A stretch of 64,000 nucleotides of DNA, taken from NCBI GenBank assembly GCA_963664395.2, contig OY761159.2, positions 2,048,001-2,112,000 of the forward strand. The letters run 5' to 3'. Made by a program: the position numbers and the translations under genes. Positions 19,031-29,459 of this stretch are shown piece after piece; position 1 is the first letter of the stretch, and every line of letters begins with the position of its first letter. The notes below the pieces were generated by a model. The model ran no database searches and had not been told where the DNA came from. It worked only from the letters and a program-made list of their open reading frames with translations. The DNA is from Candidatus Binatia bacterium (GTDB taxonomy: Bacteria > Desulfobacterota > Binatia > Bin18).

Positions 19031-19624
19031 TTAACAGCCCGGCTGTTCCGCTTCCGCCTGCATGTCCTGATGCGCGAACGACAGCGGACACGGTTGTCCG
19101 ACCCCGTCGAGTCCAACGGCGTAGACCAGCCGACCGTAGCCAATAAAAATAGCCATCCGCCAGCCCAGGGCCATGATCTCGGGCTCGCTGTAATGGGTGC
19201 GCAGTTCGTCAAAGAGGTCTTGGGAGACCTCTTTGTGGTCGCGGGCCAGCGTGTCCGCAAAGCGCAGGGCGGCTTTCTCGCGCGGCGTGAACAAGTCGCT
19301 GTCCTGAAAATGGGGCAGGGCGTGGATCATTTCTTCCGTCAGACCTTGTTGCCTCGCCGAGGCATACACGGCCGTCATTCAAAGCTGGCATTCGTTGATT
19401 TGGGCCACTTTGTGCCGAATCAGTTCGGTCAGCTTCACGCTGATCCCGTCGGTGTCGGCCATAATATGCGAGTAGTAAAACTCGACGAAGTGCTTGTAGA
19501 GGTCCGGGGTATGGGCAAAGACCTGTATCCACTCCGACCCGCCGAGCGCCTCGTCACTCTGCTGCATGGTTTTTTGCAGCTCGGGGTCAACCTTCTCAAA
19601 CGGCACCTTGCTGACACGTAGCAT
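19031..19624 (-). CDS. AhpD/carboxymuconolactone decarboxylase family selenoprotein (CxxU, UGA at 19379-19381)
   Basis: Two abutting in-frame ORFs join as ELIRHKVAQINEC-Q-L-(TGA)-MTAV...FTPREKAALRFA...ELRTHYSEPEIMAL; SECIS-like hairpin immediately 3' of the UGA. Confidence 0.8.
19336..19373 (-). promoter_or_regulatory. Candidate bacterial SECIS hairpin
   Basis: GGCC-G-TGT-A-TGCCTC-GGC-GAGGCA-ACA-A-GGTC; apical loop starts with G, 20 nt after the UGA. Confidence 0.65.
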
Positions 19625-19702
19625 CGCTCTCCCTCCTTATGGGCAGTGGGTTTCCTTTGCCAATAAACCAATGCGGACGAATTGGGAAGAGCCGCCGAAT
19701 TT

Positions 19703-21637
19703 TTACTCTGGCAGATTCTCAATGGTGATGGGCTCAATGGCCTCGGCCAATGGGAACCCAAAAATTCGCGAGTAGAAATACAACTCGCCATCCAGGGCGC
19801 GTTTGATATTCTCGGCTCTGCGAAAGCCGTGCTGTTCGCCCGCAAACAGAACATAGGCGACCGGCAAGCCTTTCGCTCTGAGAGCCGCCACCATCAGCTC
19901 GGCCTGATTCGGCGGGACGATCTTGTCTTCCGCACCTTGGAAGATAATCAACGGACACGAGAGCTGCTCTGTAAAATGAATCGGCGAGCGCGCGTAATAC
20001 ACATCTTGTCGCTCCGGGTACGGCCCGACAAGATTGTCCGGGTAGCGGGACTCGAACTTATGGGTGTCGCGCGCCAGCGCTTCGAGGTCGCTGATCCCGT
20101 AATGACTCGCCCCGGCCCGAAACGTGCTGCGAAAGGTCAGCGCACACAGCGTGGTGTATCCCCCGGCACTGCCTCCGGTAATCGTCAGTCGCTCAGCATC
20201 GACCTCGCCGCGTTCTACGAGATAGCCGGCGCCATTGACACAGTCGTCCACATCGACAATACCCCAGTGGCCGTTCAGGCGTTGGCGATAGGCTCGCCCA
20301 TAGCCACTACTGCCGCCATAGTTCACGTCCAGAACGGCAAAGCCGCGACTCGTCCAGTATTGAATGCGCAGATCAAGCGCGGTCTGCGCGGCCGAGGTCG
20401 GTCCGCCGTGGCTTTTGACAACCAGCGGCGGGCGTTCTTCTTCTGGAGCAACGTAGTCAGCGTTTGTGGGCGGATAGAAAAGTCCGTACGCGGTCCGGTC
20501 ATGTTCGGTTGGAAAGGCAACGGCCTGGGGCGCTGACAGATAGTCGGGGTCCAGGTCGAGTTGGCTGGATAACCGCAGGACGGTGAGGGCGTGTGTTTCC
20601 AGTTCGAGTTGGACGACAGCGAGCGGTTCGGTTGGCGAGCCCGCCAGAAACACCGCCCTACCGGCTGAAGCGTGCACCCCGCTCACTTCGGTATACGGCA
20701 GCGCAATGGCGTCGCACTGCCGCGTGCCCGGATCAAGGCTGGCCATATGCCAGGTTCCATCTACGGTGTAGGTGCAGATAATCTGGTTGGCAGAAGCAAA
20801 GGCATAGGTCGCCATACCAAACATCCACTGCGGTCGGCCAAAATCCGCGGTCTTTTCCCACAGCGCCTCAATGCTGCCGTTACGGACTCGATACAGATTC
20901 CACCAGCCGGAGCGATCCGAAACAAAGTATAAGATACCGAGCGGAGACCATTCGGGCTGAAAAATGGACTCCGCGTCGCCGCCGGCTACCCGCCTGACTT
21001 CCGCCAGGGACCCGTCCGAGCGGAGCGTCCCTACCCACAGCTCGGTGCCGTCCCAGGGCATCTGCGGATGATTCCACGCCAGCCAGGCGAGCTGGGTGCC
21101 GTCCGGGTTGAGCCGCGGGTTGGAATAAAAATCACTCCCGGAGACGATAACCGTCTCTTCCCCGCTGGCGAGATCAATACTGACCAGGGTATTCACCGCT
21201 TCCTGCCCCGCAAGCCGGTGATCTTCGCGCACGCAGATCAAACGGCTGCGCTGGGTATCAACAATCGCGTCGGCATAGCGCAGCCCGTCTGCTGCGGTCA
21301 GGGGCTCGGGCTCGGCCGCTCCGGTCTGATGATACAGCCGCTGATCCGTGAAATTTGAAAAATAGAGTGCGCCGTCCCGGACGGCATATGCCCCGCCCCC
21401 ATACTCATGCACGCGCGTCCGGGCATTAAAGGGCGCGGGCGTCAGGTCGGCTATCGTGCCGTCAGGCGTGCGTCGCACAATGACATTCCGCCCGCCCTCG
21501 GTCGGCCGCTGTTCTATCCAGTACACCGCCTCTCCATCCAGCCGAACCTGGCCCAAGCCAACCGTTCCGGCCACAATCAAGTCTGAGGTGATAGGCGATT
21601 GCCACGAACCGTACGGGGCGGTGTTTTTGTCAGGCAT
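19703..21637 (-). CDS. S9 family peptidase (dipeptidyl aminopeptidase/acylaminoacyl peptidase)
   Basis: APYGSWQSP, RTRVHEYGGG, HGGPT, GGSAGG nucleophile, QGAED, GEQHGFR. Confidence 0.95.
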   Translation of the reverse strand: MPDKNTAPYGSWQSPITSDLIVAGTVGLGQVRLDGEAVYWIEQRPTEGGRNVIVRRTPDGTIADLTPAPFNARTRVHEYGGGAYAVRDGALYFSNFTDQRLYHQTGAAEPEPLTAADGLRYADAIVDTQRSRLICVREDHRLAGQEAVNTLVSIDLASGEETVIVSGSDFYSNPRLNPDGTQLAWLAWNHPQMPWDGTELWVGTLRSDGSLAEVRRVAGGDAESIFQPEWSPLGILYFVSDRSGWWNLYRVRNGSIEALWEKTADFGRPQWMFGMATYAFASANQIICTYTVDGTWHMASLDPGTRQCDAIALPYTEVSGVHASAGRAVFLAGSPTEPLAVVQLELETHALTVLRLSSQLDLDPDYLSAPQAVAFPTEHDRTAYGLFYPPTNADYVAPEEERPPLVVKSHGGPTSAAQTALDLRIQYWTSRGFAVLDVNYGGSSGYGRAYRQRLNGHWGIVDVDDCVNGAGYLVERGEVDAERLTITGGSAGGYTTLCALTFRSTFRAGASHYGISDLEALARDTHKFESRYPDNLVGPYPERQDVYYARSPIHFTEQLSCPLIIFQGAEDKIVPPNQAELMVAALRAKGLPVAYVLFAGEQHGFRRAENIKRALDGELYFYSRIFGFPLAEAIEPITIENLPE

Positions 21638-21891
21638 GAATTCTCCTCATTTCAAAGGCTCTTATAATGGTAGCGTCACTGGGCAATAAGAAGCCCGTCC
21701 TTTTCTGCTTTATAGATAAGCCGATACTCGCAGGACTTTCTTATCGGTCCGTTACCAGTAGAGATAGTCTTCCCAGGCATGCTCGGAAAAAAGGAAGAGG
21801 CTGAAGATCAATACATGTTCGCGCCAAGGTCTGGACTTTTCTCATTTTGTGCGTTTTTGTGAAATCTATAGATAGAAGAGGAGGACAGAGT

Positions 21892-22128
21892 ATGCAGTCG
21901 GCCTTACGTATCAAGACCACGGTTCTCCCAGGAGGAAAAATTGAAGTGGTTGATGAAACCCTCCAAGCAGGAGAGTCCGTAGACGTCATCGTTCTCCCCC
22001 AGCGAGTAGCGACCGCTCGTCAATCGGCTGTCGATATTTTAGCTGGAGCACCGGGGCACCGTCTCTTTCACACAGCAGAGGAGGTCGATGCCTCCATCAA
22101 AAAAGAGCGCGACGCATGGGATCGCTGA
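21892..22128 (+). CDS. Putative antitoxin
   Basis: TTVLPGGKIEV...EEVDASIKKERDAWD; GGAGG RBS; overlaps a downstream PIN gene. Confidence 0.65.
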   Translation: MQSALRIKTTVLPGGKIEVVDETLQAGESVDVIVLPQRVATARQSAVDILAGAPGHRLFHTAEEVDASIKKERDAWDR

Positions 22129-22454
22129 CTCTTCCCGCTATTGGTCCCATTTATCTTGATGCCAATGGATTTATCTATAGCGTCGAGCGGATTGAACCGT
22201 ACCGCACTGTACTCGAACCATAAAATATATTTCGTTCCCTCTTTGCATCGCGTGAAGTTCAACTCATCCCCACTACGACAGCCATCTGGGAACAGGCCGC
22301 ACGTCTTCGAGCCTCACTCAACTTAAAGACTCCAGATGCACTGCATGCCGCCTCTGCTCTTGCTGTTGGCAGCACTCTGCTTCTCACCAATGATCCGGAC
22401 TTTTGTCGGATTCCAGACGTGCCGGTCACTGTTCTCGGCGACGTGGTCGGCTGA
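22116..22454 (+). pseudogene. vapC: VapC/PIN toxin pseudogene (internal deletion and stop)
   Basis: MGSLTLPAIGPIYLDANGFIYSVE...LEP* then AIWEQAARLRASLNLKTPDALHAASA...LTNDPDF; the central PIN glutamate region is missing. Confidence 0.75.
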
Positions 22455-22535
22455 ATCCTCCTTCCTAGTTTTCCCTTTACTCCTCCCCGTCCGCAGCGCT
22501 ATGCTCCCTGTTAGTAACTCCAAGGAGGCAGACGT

Positions 22536-23699
22536 ATGGAAACGGTCCAGCCCTCGGCGTGCGGGTTTGACGCGGCACGACTCGACCACTTCGTGGCGTG
22601 TATGCAGAACGATATCGAACAGGAGCAGTATGACGGAGCGGTCGTTATCGTAGCGCGGGGGGGACAAGTCGTGTTGCACCAGGCGCTCGGTTTTGCCGAG
22701 CGGGCCAGCCGGCGCGTCATGCAAAAGGACGATGTTTTCTATCTCTTTTCCGTGACAAAGGCGCTGACGGCTACAGCAATTCTTGCCCGCGTTGACCGGG
22801 GACAACTCGCCCTGACAACCCGCGTGGCCGAGATTATTCCCGAGTTTGCGAGTAAGGGAAAACAGCGGGTGACTATCGCTCAGCTTCTGACCCATACCGC
22901 CGGCATGTCGGCCGGGTTTCCACCCGTGGCCCAGGAGATGATGGGCAATCTTGAAGCAGTGGTCGCCGCGGTCTGCCAACAGGGGCTCGATTCCCTGCCC
23001 GGAGAGGTCGTCAGCTATAGCCCGATTACCGCCCATGCGGTCCTGGGCGAAGTAGTCCGCCGGCTTGATGGAGGAGAGCGGTCGCTGCGACAGATCTTTG
23101 CGGAGGACATTTTTACCCCGCTGCGGATGCCCGATACGGCCCTGGGTCTGCGGTCTGACCTGGCCGAGCGCAGAGTTCCCGTTGTTGTTCGAGACCGGCG
23201 CGAAGGGCTCTTTCCGCCGGAAGTCCTTGAAGGCTTCAACGTCATGCTTCAGGAGGATACGGAAATTCCGGGTGGGGGCGGGGTAGGTACGGCGGCTGAT
23301 ATCTTCCGCCTGGCGGAAATGCTGCGGCGCGGCGGAGAGCTGGACGGAGCCCGCATCTTATCGCCGGCTGTCATTCGTCTTGCCGCAACAAACCACACCG
23401 GTCTCAGGCCGAATAATCTGTGGAATTACACCAGGGAAGTCCGTAACTGGGACGAGTTTCCGGCGTCGCTCGGCCTGGGCTTTTTCGTGCGCGGAACGGG
23501 CATCTTTCCCACCTATTTCGGCTCGCTGGCGTCGCCCAACACGTTTGGGGCGGTCGGAGCGGGCTCAACCTTGTTCTGGATTGATCCGGAGCGCGATATC
23601 ACTTGTGTGTGCCTGACCGCCGGAGCCCTGGAAGAGTCGTACAGCCTGGAGCGCTTCCAACGTCTGTCCGACCTCGTTCTCGCCGCGGTTGTGGACTAA
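22536..23699 (+). CDS. Serine hydrolase (beta-lactamase class C/esterase family)
   Basis: FSVTK (SxxK), LLTHTAG, YS, WIDPERD; AAGGAGG RBS. Confidence 0.9.
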   Translation: METVQPSACGFDAARLDHFVACMQNDIEQEQYDGAVVIVARGGQVVLHQALGFAERASRRVMQKDDVFYLFSVTKALTATAILARVDRGQLALTTRVAEIIPEFASKGKQRVTIAQLLTHTAGMSAGFPPVAQEMMGNLEAVVAAVCQQGLDSLPGEVVSYSPITAHAVLGEVVRRLDGGERSLRQIFAEDIFTPLRMPDTALGLRSDLAERRVPVVVRDRREGLFPPEVLEGFNVMLQEDTEIPGGGGVGTAADIFRLAEMLRRGGELDGARILSPAVIRLAATNHTGLRPNNLWNYTREVRNWDEFPASLGLGFFVRGTGIFPTYFGSLASPNTFGAVGAGSTLFWIDPERDITCVCLTAGALEESYSLERFQRLSDLVLAAVVD

Positions 23700-23700
23700 G

Positions 23701-23724
23701 CCTGCCCTGAGCCCGGTCGAAGGG
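23701..23724. repeat. Interspersed palindromic repeat CCTG(T/C)CCTGAGC..GTCGAAGG
   Basis: Related copies at 35652-35674 and, inverted, at 50951-50974. Confidence 0.7.
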
Positions 23725-23735
23725 ACCGCGCCCGC

Positions 23736-24767
23736 ATGATTACCGAAGCGCAACTCCAGCAGATCTTTACCCCGCTGACCGGGGACCCGTCCCCGCGTCT
23801 TTGCCAGACGCTGTCCGGCAATATCAATACCATCCTCAAGGTTGAAGCCAACGGACAGATGTACGGCCTGCGTATTCGAAGCCGGGAGCAGGTCTATCGC
23901 TATGAGCCTGACCTCATTAAAGAGGTCTTCATCAGTTGGCTGCTCGACCCCGCTCAGGCCGGGGCGAACGATACGGAGAAAGCGCGAGTGCTCGCCCACC
24001 TGCGGACTGCACAACGTGGGGCCGGCTACAAGAGTTTCGGTATTGAGCCCGCCGGACTGGCCTTTGACTGGAGCCGGCAAATCCTGCCGCAGCCGTATTT
24101 CGTGTATGAGTGGATCGACGGCGAGCCGCTGTGGGATGACCCGGACGAGTCGGTATACCGGGCTGCTGGCCACGCACTGGCAAGCCTGCACCAAGTGCGC
24201 TTCGACGCCTTCTACGCCGATTTCTTTGCCATAGGCCGCGCCCCGCAGGCCTGGGCGGACCGTTTTCGGGCCGCGCTGGACAAGGAGGTCGGCGAAGCGC
24301 GGAGCCGACTCAGCCCGACGCTCTTGCAGGCGGTGGGGCATATCGCCATTCCGACCACGCTGCCGTTCTCTCCCTGTCTTATCCATAACGATTTCTCACC
24401 GGGCAATATCCTCGTTCGGGAAGGGCGACTCGTGGCGGTTATTGATTGGGATAATGCGGTCGTGGATGTGGCTCCGCTCGATTTTGTGAAGATGAAATAC
24501 TGGACGGCAAAAGACGACCGGGGTCAACTCGGCCACAACCCCGCCCTCTTCCGGGCGTTTGTTACAGGTTATGGTCCCCGCGGGCCTGAGATCGTTGAGT
24601 CGGAGACCTTTGCCTGGTACGAATTATTATGGCTGTTGCGCGTATTTAATTTTGAAATGTCCAAGCAGGAGCGCGGGCTGGAGCGTGCCCCCGGCTACCC
24701 GGAAGCCGCCGAGTATGCCATATTTCTGAAGCGAATCATCCATGAGTCAGGCACCCGAATATCTTGA
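23736..24767 (+). CDS. Aminoglycoside phosphotransferase/choline kinase-like protein
   Basis: LSGNIN, YEWIDGEPL, IHNDFSPGNILV, VIDWD. Confidence 0.8.
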   Translation: MITEAQLQQIFTPLTGDPSPRLCQTLSGNINTILKVEANGQMYGLRIRSREQVYRYEPDLIKEVFISWLLDPAQAGANDTEKARVLAHLRTAQRGAGYKSFGIEPAGLAFDWSRQILPQPYFVYEWIDGEPLWDDPDESVYRAAGHALASLHQVRFDAFYADFFAIGRAPQAWADRFRAALDKEVGEARSRLSPTLLQAVGHIAIPTTLPFSPCLIHNDFSPGNILVREGRLVAVIDWDNAVVDVAPLDFVKMKYWTAKDDRGQLGHNPALFRAFVTGYGPRGPEIVESETFAWYELLWLLRVFNFEMSKQERGLERAPGYPEAAEYAIFLKRIIHESGTRIS

Positions 24768-25344
24768 AGAGACTGCTTCTCCTGAAGAAGCGCATACTGA
24801 GACCGAAGTCTCGCGCCGGCTGCCGCGTTGGAAGATCGTCCTGGTCAGTCTTGCTCTTCTGATGGGTGTAGCCGGCATGGTTTTTCATCCCCCGCTTGAC
24901 TCCTGGGAAACACGAACCGTAGGGAATCTCTCTTCCTCCGGAGCTGATACGCTGCCGCAGGCGGTTCCATCCTCTGACCCTGACATGAGGGCGGAAACGA
25001 CTGAAGAGGCTCTCCCGCCGGACTGGGAGAGTCGTCTGGGGGACTGGTCTCCCCTGCTCACGAAACTCGGCTTCAGTTTTGTTGTTGGATTCAGCATCGG
25101 CTATGTGCTGCTGATCTTTCTCCGCACGACCGCCTTTCTTGCCGGCTTGGTCATCCTCGCCTTGTTTGGTTTGCAATACCTTGGCGTGCTGTACGTCAAC
25201 TGGCAGAATATCGAGACGAGTTACCACTCGGTCCTGAGTTGGGTCTTGCCTCGGGCGGAAAACTTTCGGGATTTTATTACCAGCAATCTCTCTTCGTCCG
25301 GTATGGCGGCGCTGGGGATTCTGACGGGTTTGACGCGCCGCTAG
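24742..25344 (+). CDS. FUN14 family membrane protein
   Basis: LGFSFVVGFSIGY, LFGLQYLGVLYVNW, SSGMAALG. Confidence 0.75.
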   Translation: MSQAPEYLEETASPEEAHTETEVSRRLPRWKIVLVSLALLMGVAGMVFHPPLDSWETRTVGNLSSSGADTLPQAVPSSDPDMRAETTEEALPPDWESRLGDWSPLLTKLGFSFVVGFSIGYVLLIFLRTTAFLAGLVILALFGLQYLGVLYVNWQNIETSYHSVLSWVLPRAENFRDFITSNLSSSGMAALGILTGLTRR

Positions 25345-25356
25345 GTATTACACGTT

Positions 25357-26070
25357 ATGGCAAATTTCAAAACTCACCTTGCAGTCGCCGCGGTTGGCAG
25401 TGGTCTTTTGGCGACGGTCTGTTTGGGCGCGGGGATGAGCAGCCCGCAAGAAGTCGTCACCCTGTCTGCGGTTGGTACGGTGGGCGGACTCCTGCCGGAT
25501 ATTGACCTCGACCACTCCAGTCCGACCAAGCTGATATTTACCGCACTGGCCATTGTGTTTGCCTTTCTCGCCGCGTTCAATCGAGCCGCGAGCTACTCTA
25601 TTGTCGAACTCTGGCTGGTCTGGGGGGTGTCGTATGGCCTCGTCCGCTATCTTGCCTTGGGCATATTCTCTAAGCTGACGGTCCATCGCGGCATTTTTCA
25701 TTCGCTCGTTGCCGCCCTCTTTTTCTGGTTCCTGGCCACCAGCCTGAGTTATTATCTGTTTGCTCTGAGTGATCTCTTCGCCTGGTCTATCGGCTTTTTT
25801 ATCTTTTTTGGCTATATCCTCCATCTGCTGCTCGACGAACTCTTTAGCGTCGATCTCTTGAACTCGCGCCTCAAAAACTCATTTGGCACAGCACTCAAAA
25901 TCGCGGATTTTCGCAACGCGCGGACCTCACTCCTGATGACGACGGCCGCGCTGCTCACTTTCTCTTCAACCCCGAGTGCCCAGCCTTTCCTCGGATGGGT
26001 CATGAATAAACAAACCTACCTCAATATCGCCGATCGCTTTTTCCCTGAAGCGCTGTGGTTTACGCTCTAG
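25357..26070 (+). CDS. Membrane-bound metal-dependent hydrolase (DUF457/YdjM-like)
   Basis: MANFKTH, LLPDID, HRGIFHS, HLLLDE. Confidence 0.85.
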   Translation: MANFKTHLAVAAVGSGLLATVCLGAGMSSPQEVVTLSAVGTVGGLLPDIDLDHSSPTKLIFTALAIVFAFLAAFNRAASYSIVELWLVWGVSYGLVRYLALGIFSKLTVHRGIFHSLVAALFFWFLATSLSYYLFALSDLFAWSIGFFIFFGYILHLLLDELFSVDLLNSRLKNSFGTALKIADFRNARTSLLMTTAALLTFSSTPSAQPFLGWVMNKQTYLNIADRFFPEALWFTL

Positions 26071-26161
26071 CGCTCCGTCCTCTTGACCTGCTACAGACAG
26101 CAGGCCATCATGCTTCGGTTTGGTTTTCCGGGAGAAGACAGAGAGGGCAAAAACCGATTCT

Positions 26162-26686
26162 ATGTCAGGACTTCCATGTTCCATGTTAGGGCGGTGTGGA
26201 GCGGTATGGGGCATTAGCGGCGTTGTGCTCTTACTGGGCTATTCCATCGTCCGCCTCTCTTCCATTACACTGGAGGCATTGCACCATGAGTTCTCCTGGT
26301 ACCACTGGCTGGCGCTCGGTCTGAACGTCATCTATATGGCCTACTCGGAGGGCTATTACGGTTTTCAACGCGGCTTTGCGCCTCGGGTCGCCGCACGCGC
26401 AAAATATTTGGCCACTCACCCCACCCTTCTCTCTGCGGTGTTGGCGCCTGTCTTTTGTATGGGATATTTCCATATTCGCAGACCCCGACAGATATTCATC
26501 TTCGCCCTCACCGCCATGATCGTCGTCTTTGTCCTTGTCCTGCCCTACCTGGCTCAGCCGTGGCGCGGCATTGTTGATGCCGGCGTTGTCGTCGGCTTAC
26601 TCTGGGGGCTTATTACCGTTGGGGTCTTTACCTTCCAGGCATTTACTTCGGACGATTTTTCGTATTCGCCCGAAGTGCCGGAGTAA
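26162..26686 (+). CDS. Hypothetical integral membrane protein
   Basis: Four hydrophobic segments; MAYSEGY.GFQ..FAPRVAARA and QPWRGIVDAGVVVGL; start uncertain. Confidence 0.7.
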   Translation: MSGLPCSMLGRCGAVWGISGVVLLLGYSIVRLSSITLEALHHEFSWYHWLALGLNVIYMAYSEGYYGFQRGFAPRVAARAKYLATHPTLLSAVLAPVFCMGYFHIRRPRQIFIFALTAMIVVFVLVLPYLAQPWRGIVDAGVVVGLLWGLITVGVFTFQAFTSDDFSYSPEVPE

Positions 26687-26923
26687 AGACAGGGGGTGGA
26701 GATCAGGGATTGGGGGGTTCCTCCAGAGGCTTCGGAGTCGCGCCGTGAGGCTGGAGGCTGGCGGCAACCTGACCTCCGGTCCACGCGCCACAGGCCGCGG
26801 CGGGCACATATCGTACGGATCGTACGGATCGCGCAAATCGACAGTTTCTTCTATGCCAAACTTGTCTCGGACCGTCCACGCCTATAGTGTCCGAATCAAT
26901 TTCGTTCGTATTCGTTCGTAATT

Positions 26924-28141
26924 ATGCACGCCATAGATTTTATTCTCCCACTCATCGCATTCGTTGTCGCCGCTCTTTTGCTTCTCCCGGCAATCAAGGA
27001 CAACACAGTCTGGAGAGCGAGCGTCACGCCGTTGGCCTCGATCATTGGCAGTGGCTTTTTGGTCGTCGCGCCGTTACTCGCCCTGGTCGTTGGCTGGGCG
27101 GCCCCTTTGGCGATGTTGGCCATCGTCGTCATCGCCTATGGCCTGGGAGAAATTTCACGATTTAACATTCGCCATGGCGAGCCCTTGCTGCAAAGCGGCG
27201 AAGCGCCGGCCTTGCTGGTGATGACCGAGCGCGTCGCGAATTTTACCCTTTCGCTGGCCTACATCATATCCGTCGCGTTTTACGTCAGGCTGTTGGCCTC
27301 CTTCGTGCTCACAGGCACCCGGTTAGACAGTGAAATCGGCGCACAGGTATTGACCACGCTGATTTTGCTATTCATCGGCTATGCCGGTTGGCACCGGGGC
27401 CTGGAGGGCCTGGTACGCATAGAAGAGTACTCGGTCAGCATAAAGTTGGCGATCATCGTGGCACTGCTATGCGGACTGGTGAATTATGACGCTACTGTCG
27501 ATTTTTCGATCCGTGATTTTCCGGCACCATCCACGTCAACGTGGGAACAACTCCGTCAACTCGCCGGTATGTTACTGGTGGTGCAGGGCTTTGAAACGTC
27601 ACGGTATCTTGGCACCGAATTTTCTGCGGAACTGCGCATCAGGAGTATGCGACTCGCCCAGATCATCTCGGGGCTAATCTACGTCGCATTTATTGTCATG
27701 TGCATGCCGCTGCTTCTCGGTCTGAACGGTCTGAGAGTGGACGAGACGGCGATTATCGGTCTCTCGGGTCACATTGCGATGGTCTTACCGGCCATGCTCG
27801 TTTTGGCCGCCGTCATGAGCCAATTCAGCGCGGCAGTCGCCGATACGGCCGGCGCCGGTGGACTGGTCGAAGAGGAAAGCGGAGGTCTGATATCAGCCCG
27901 ATACGCCTATGTGGCGGTGATCGGTTTGGGCATTGTATTGGTATGGACGACCGCTGTTTTCGAGATCATCGCCCTGGCTTCGCGGGCCTTTGCCGCCTAT
28001 TACTTGTCACAGGCGCTGAGTGCGTTTCAGATTGTCGGCTGTAGTTCCGGGGTCCGGTCGCGTCGGCTCGGCAGAATCTCCGTGGCCCTAGCCTCCATTG
28101 TGTTGGCCTGGATCGTCGTCTTCGCCGCGCCCGCAGATTAG
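26924..28141 (+). CDS. APC-superfamily (amino acid permease-like) membrane protein
   Basis: VTPLASIIGSGFL, VQGFETSRYLG, SQFSAAVAD; many transmembrane segments. Confidence 0.75.
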   Translation: MHAIDFILPLIAFVVAALLLLPAIKDNTVWRASVTPLASIIGSGFLVVAPLLALVVGWAAPLAMLAIVVIAYGLGEISRFNIRHGEPLLQSGEAPALLVMTERVANFTLSLAYIISVAFYVRLLASFVLTGTRLDSEIGAQVLTTLILLFIGYAGWHRGLEGLVRIEEYSVSIKLAIIVALLCGLVNYDATVDFSIRDFPAPSTSTWEQLRQLAGMLLVVQGFETSRYLGTEFSAELRIRSMRLAQIISGLIYVAFIVMCMPLLLGLNGLRVDETAIIGLSGHIAMVLPAMLVLAAVMSQFSAAVADTAGAGGLVEEESGGLISARYAYVAVIGLGIVLVWTTAVFEIIALASRAFAAYYLSQALSAFQIVGCSSGVRSRRLGRISVALASIVLAWIVVFAAPAD

Positions 28142-28252
28142 TCCGATTAGGTTATTCGTATCTTTTCTCGCCCGGTGCATGTCGCTTGACAGCCCTGGAT
28201 TGCTTAGGGCAAAACCAGAACTGGAAACTCTACCGTATCGAGGAGACTACTC

Positions 28253-29440
28253 ATGTCTGGACCATTGGCCGGTTATCGAATCATTGACGTCACCCAGATG
28301 TTGTCAGGCCCTATGGCCACCATGATGCTGGGCGATCAAGGGGCGGATGTCATCAAGGTCGAACCGCCGGACACGGGCGACCTGACCCGTGCCCTGGGTG
28401 GGAAGTCACGTCGCCTCTCACCGTTCTTTTCCACTTTGAATCGGAATAAGCGCTCGGTTGTCCTGAACCTGAAAGACGAAAAGGGGGTCGGGTTGCTCAA
28501 AGACCTCGTCGCCGGTGCGGATGTCTTTGTGCAGAATTTCCGGCCCGGGGCGGCTGAGCGTCTGGGGATTGGTGAGGACGTCCTGCGCAAGGTGAAACCG
28601 GACCTTATCTATGTGTCTATCAGCGGCTTTGGCGAAAAAGGGCCGTATGTCGGCAAGCGCGTGTATGATCCGGTTATCCAGGCGCTCTCCGGCTTGACCG
28701 ATATTCAAGCCGACCCGGACACCGGCCGACCACGTATGATGCGGCTTATCATTCCCGACAAAGTCACGGCCCTGACCGGAGCGCAGGCCATCACCGCCGC
28801 ACTCCTGGCCCGGGAACGGACTGGAGAGGGGCAACATGTCCGGCTCGCCATGTTGGACGCGGTCGTCTCGTTTCTGTGGCATGAGGGTATGACGCAGTAC
28901 ACCTTCATGGGTTCGGACATCGGGCCGGTACGACCGGCGGACACGCGGGACCTTATCTTTGATACCACAGATGGCTATATCACCGCAGCCGCGGTCTCGG
29001 ACAAGGAATGGCAGGGCATGACGCGCGCCCTTGAGAGACCGGAATGGCTGGAAGACGCCCGGTTCAGCACGCCTGCCGGGCGGGTCAAATATGCCGATGT
29101 ACGCTTGGAGATGACGGCCGAGGTCCTGAAAGAAAGAAGCTCGGCCGAATGGCTGGAACGCCTTGATGCCGAGCAGGTGCCGTGCGCTCCGGTCAATCGC
29201 AAGGCAGACGTGTTGACCGACCCGCAGGTTGCGGCCAACAATCTGATTGTTGAATCCGACCATCCGCACGCCGGCCACATGCGCCAAGCGCGCCCAGCCG
29301 CGCGATTTGAGGGGACACCTTCGGAACTCCTACGTCAGCCGGCCCCCCTGCTCGGCGAGCAGACCGACGCAATTCTGGCCGAGCTGGGCCTGTCCGCAGA
29401 CCGGCTGGCAGAGTTGCGTGAAGCCGGCACGATTGCCTGA
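28253..29440 (+). CDS. Class III CoA-transferase (CaiB/BaiF)
   Basis: GPLAGYRIID, GADVIKVEPP, NRNKRS, QNFRPG, YDPVIQALSG, PAPLLGE. Confidence 0.93.
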   Translation: MSGPLAGYRIIDVTQMLSGPMATMMLGDQGADVIKVEPPDTGDLTRALGGKSRRLSPFFSTLNRNKRSVVLNLKDEKGVGLLKDLVAGADVFVQNFRPGAAERLGIGEDVLRKVKPDLIYVSISGFGEKGPYVGKRVYDPVIQALSGLTDIQADPDTGRPRMMRLIIPDKVTALTGAQAITAALLARERTGEGQHVRLAMLDAVVSFLWHEGMTQYTFMGSDIGPVRPADTRDLIFDTTDGYITAAAVSDKEWQGMTRALERPEWLEDARFSTPAGRVKYADVRLEMTAEVLKERSSAEWLERLDAEQVPCAPVNRKADVLTDPQVAANNLIVESDHPHAGHMRQARPAARFEGTPSELLRQPAPLLGEQTDAILAELGLSADRLAELREAGTIA

Positions 29441-29459
29441 CGCCTGGCCTCCATAAGAA

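Noticed and set aside
22536-24767. Beta-lactamase-like plus APH-like genes as an antibiotic resistance locus
   Set aside because: Only superfamily-level motifs; such proteins are usually esterases and small-molecule kinases
26690-26925. Short low-complexity repeats (GAGGCTG x2, TCGTACGGA x2, TTCGTTCGTA x2)
   Set aside because: Only two copies each; no structure beyond generic intergenic simple repeats
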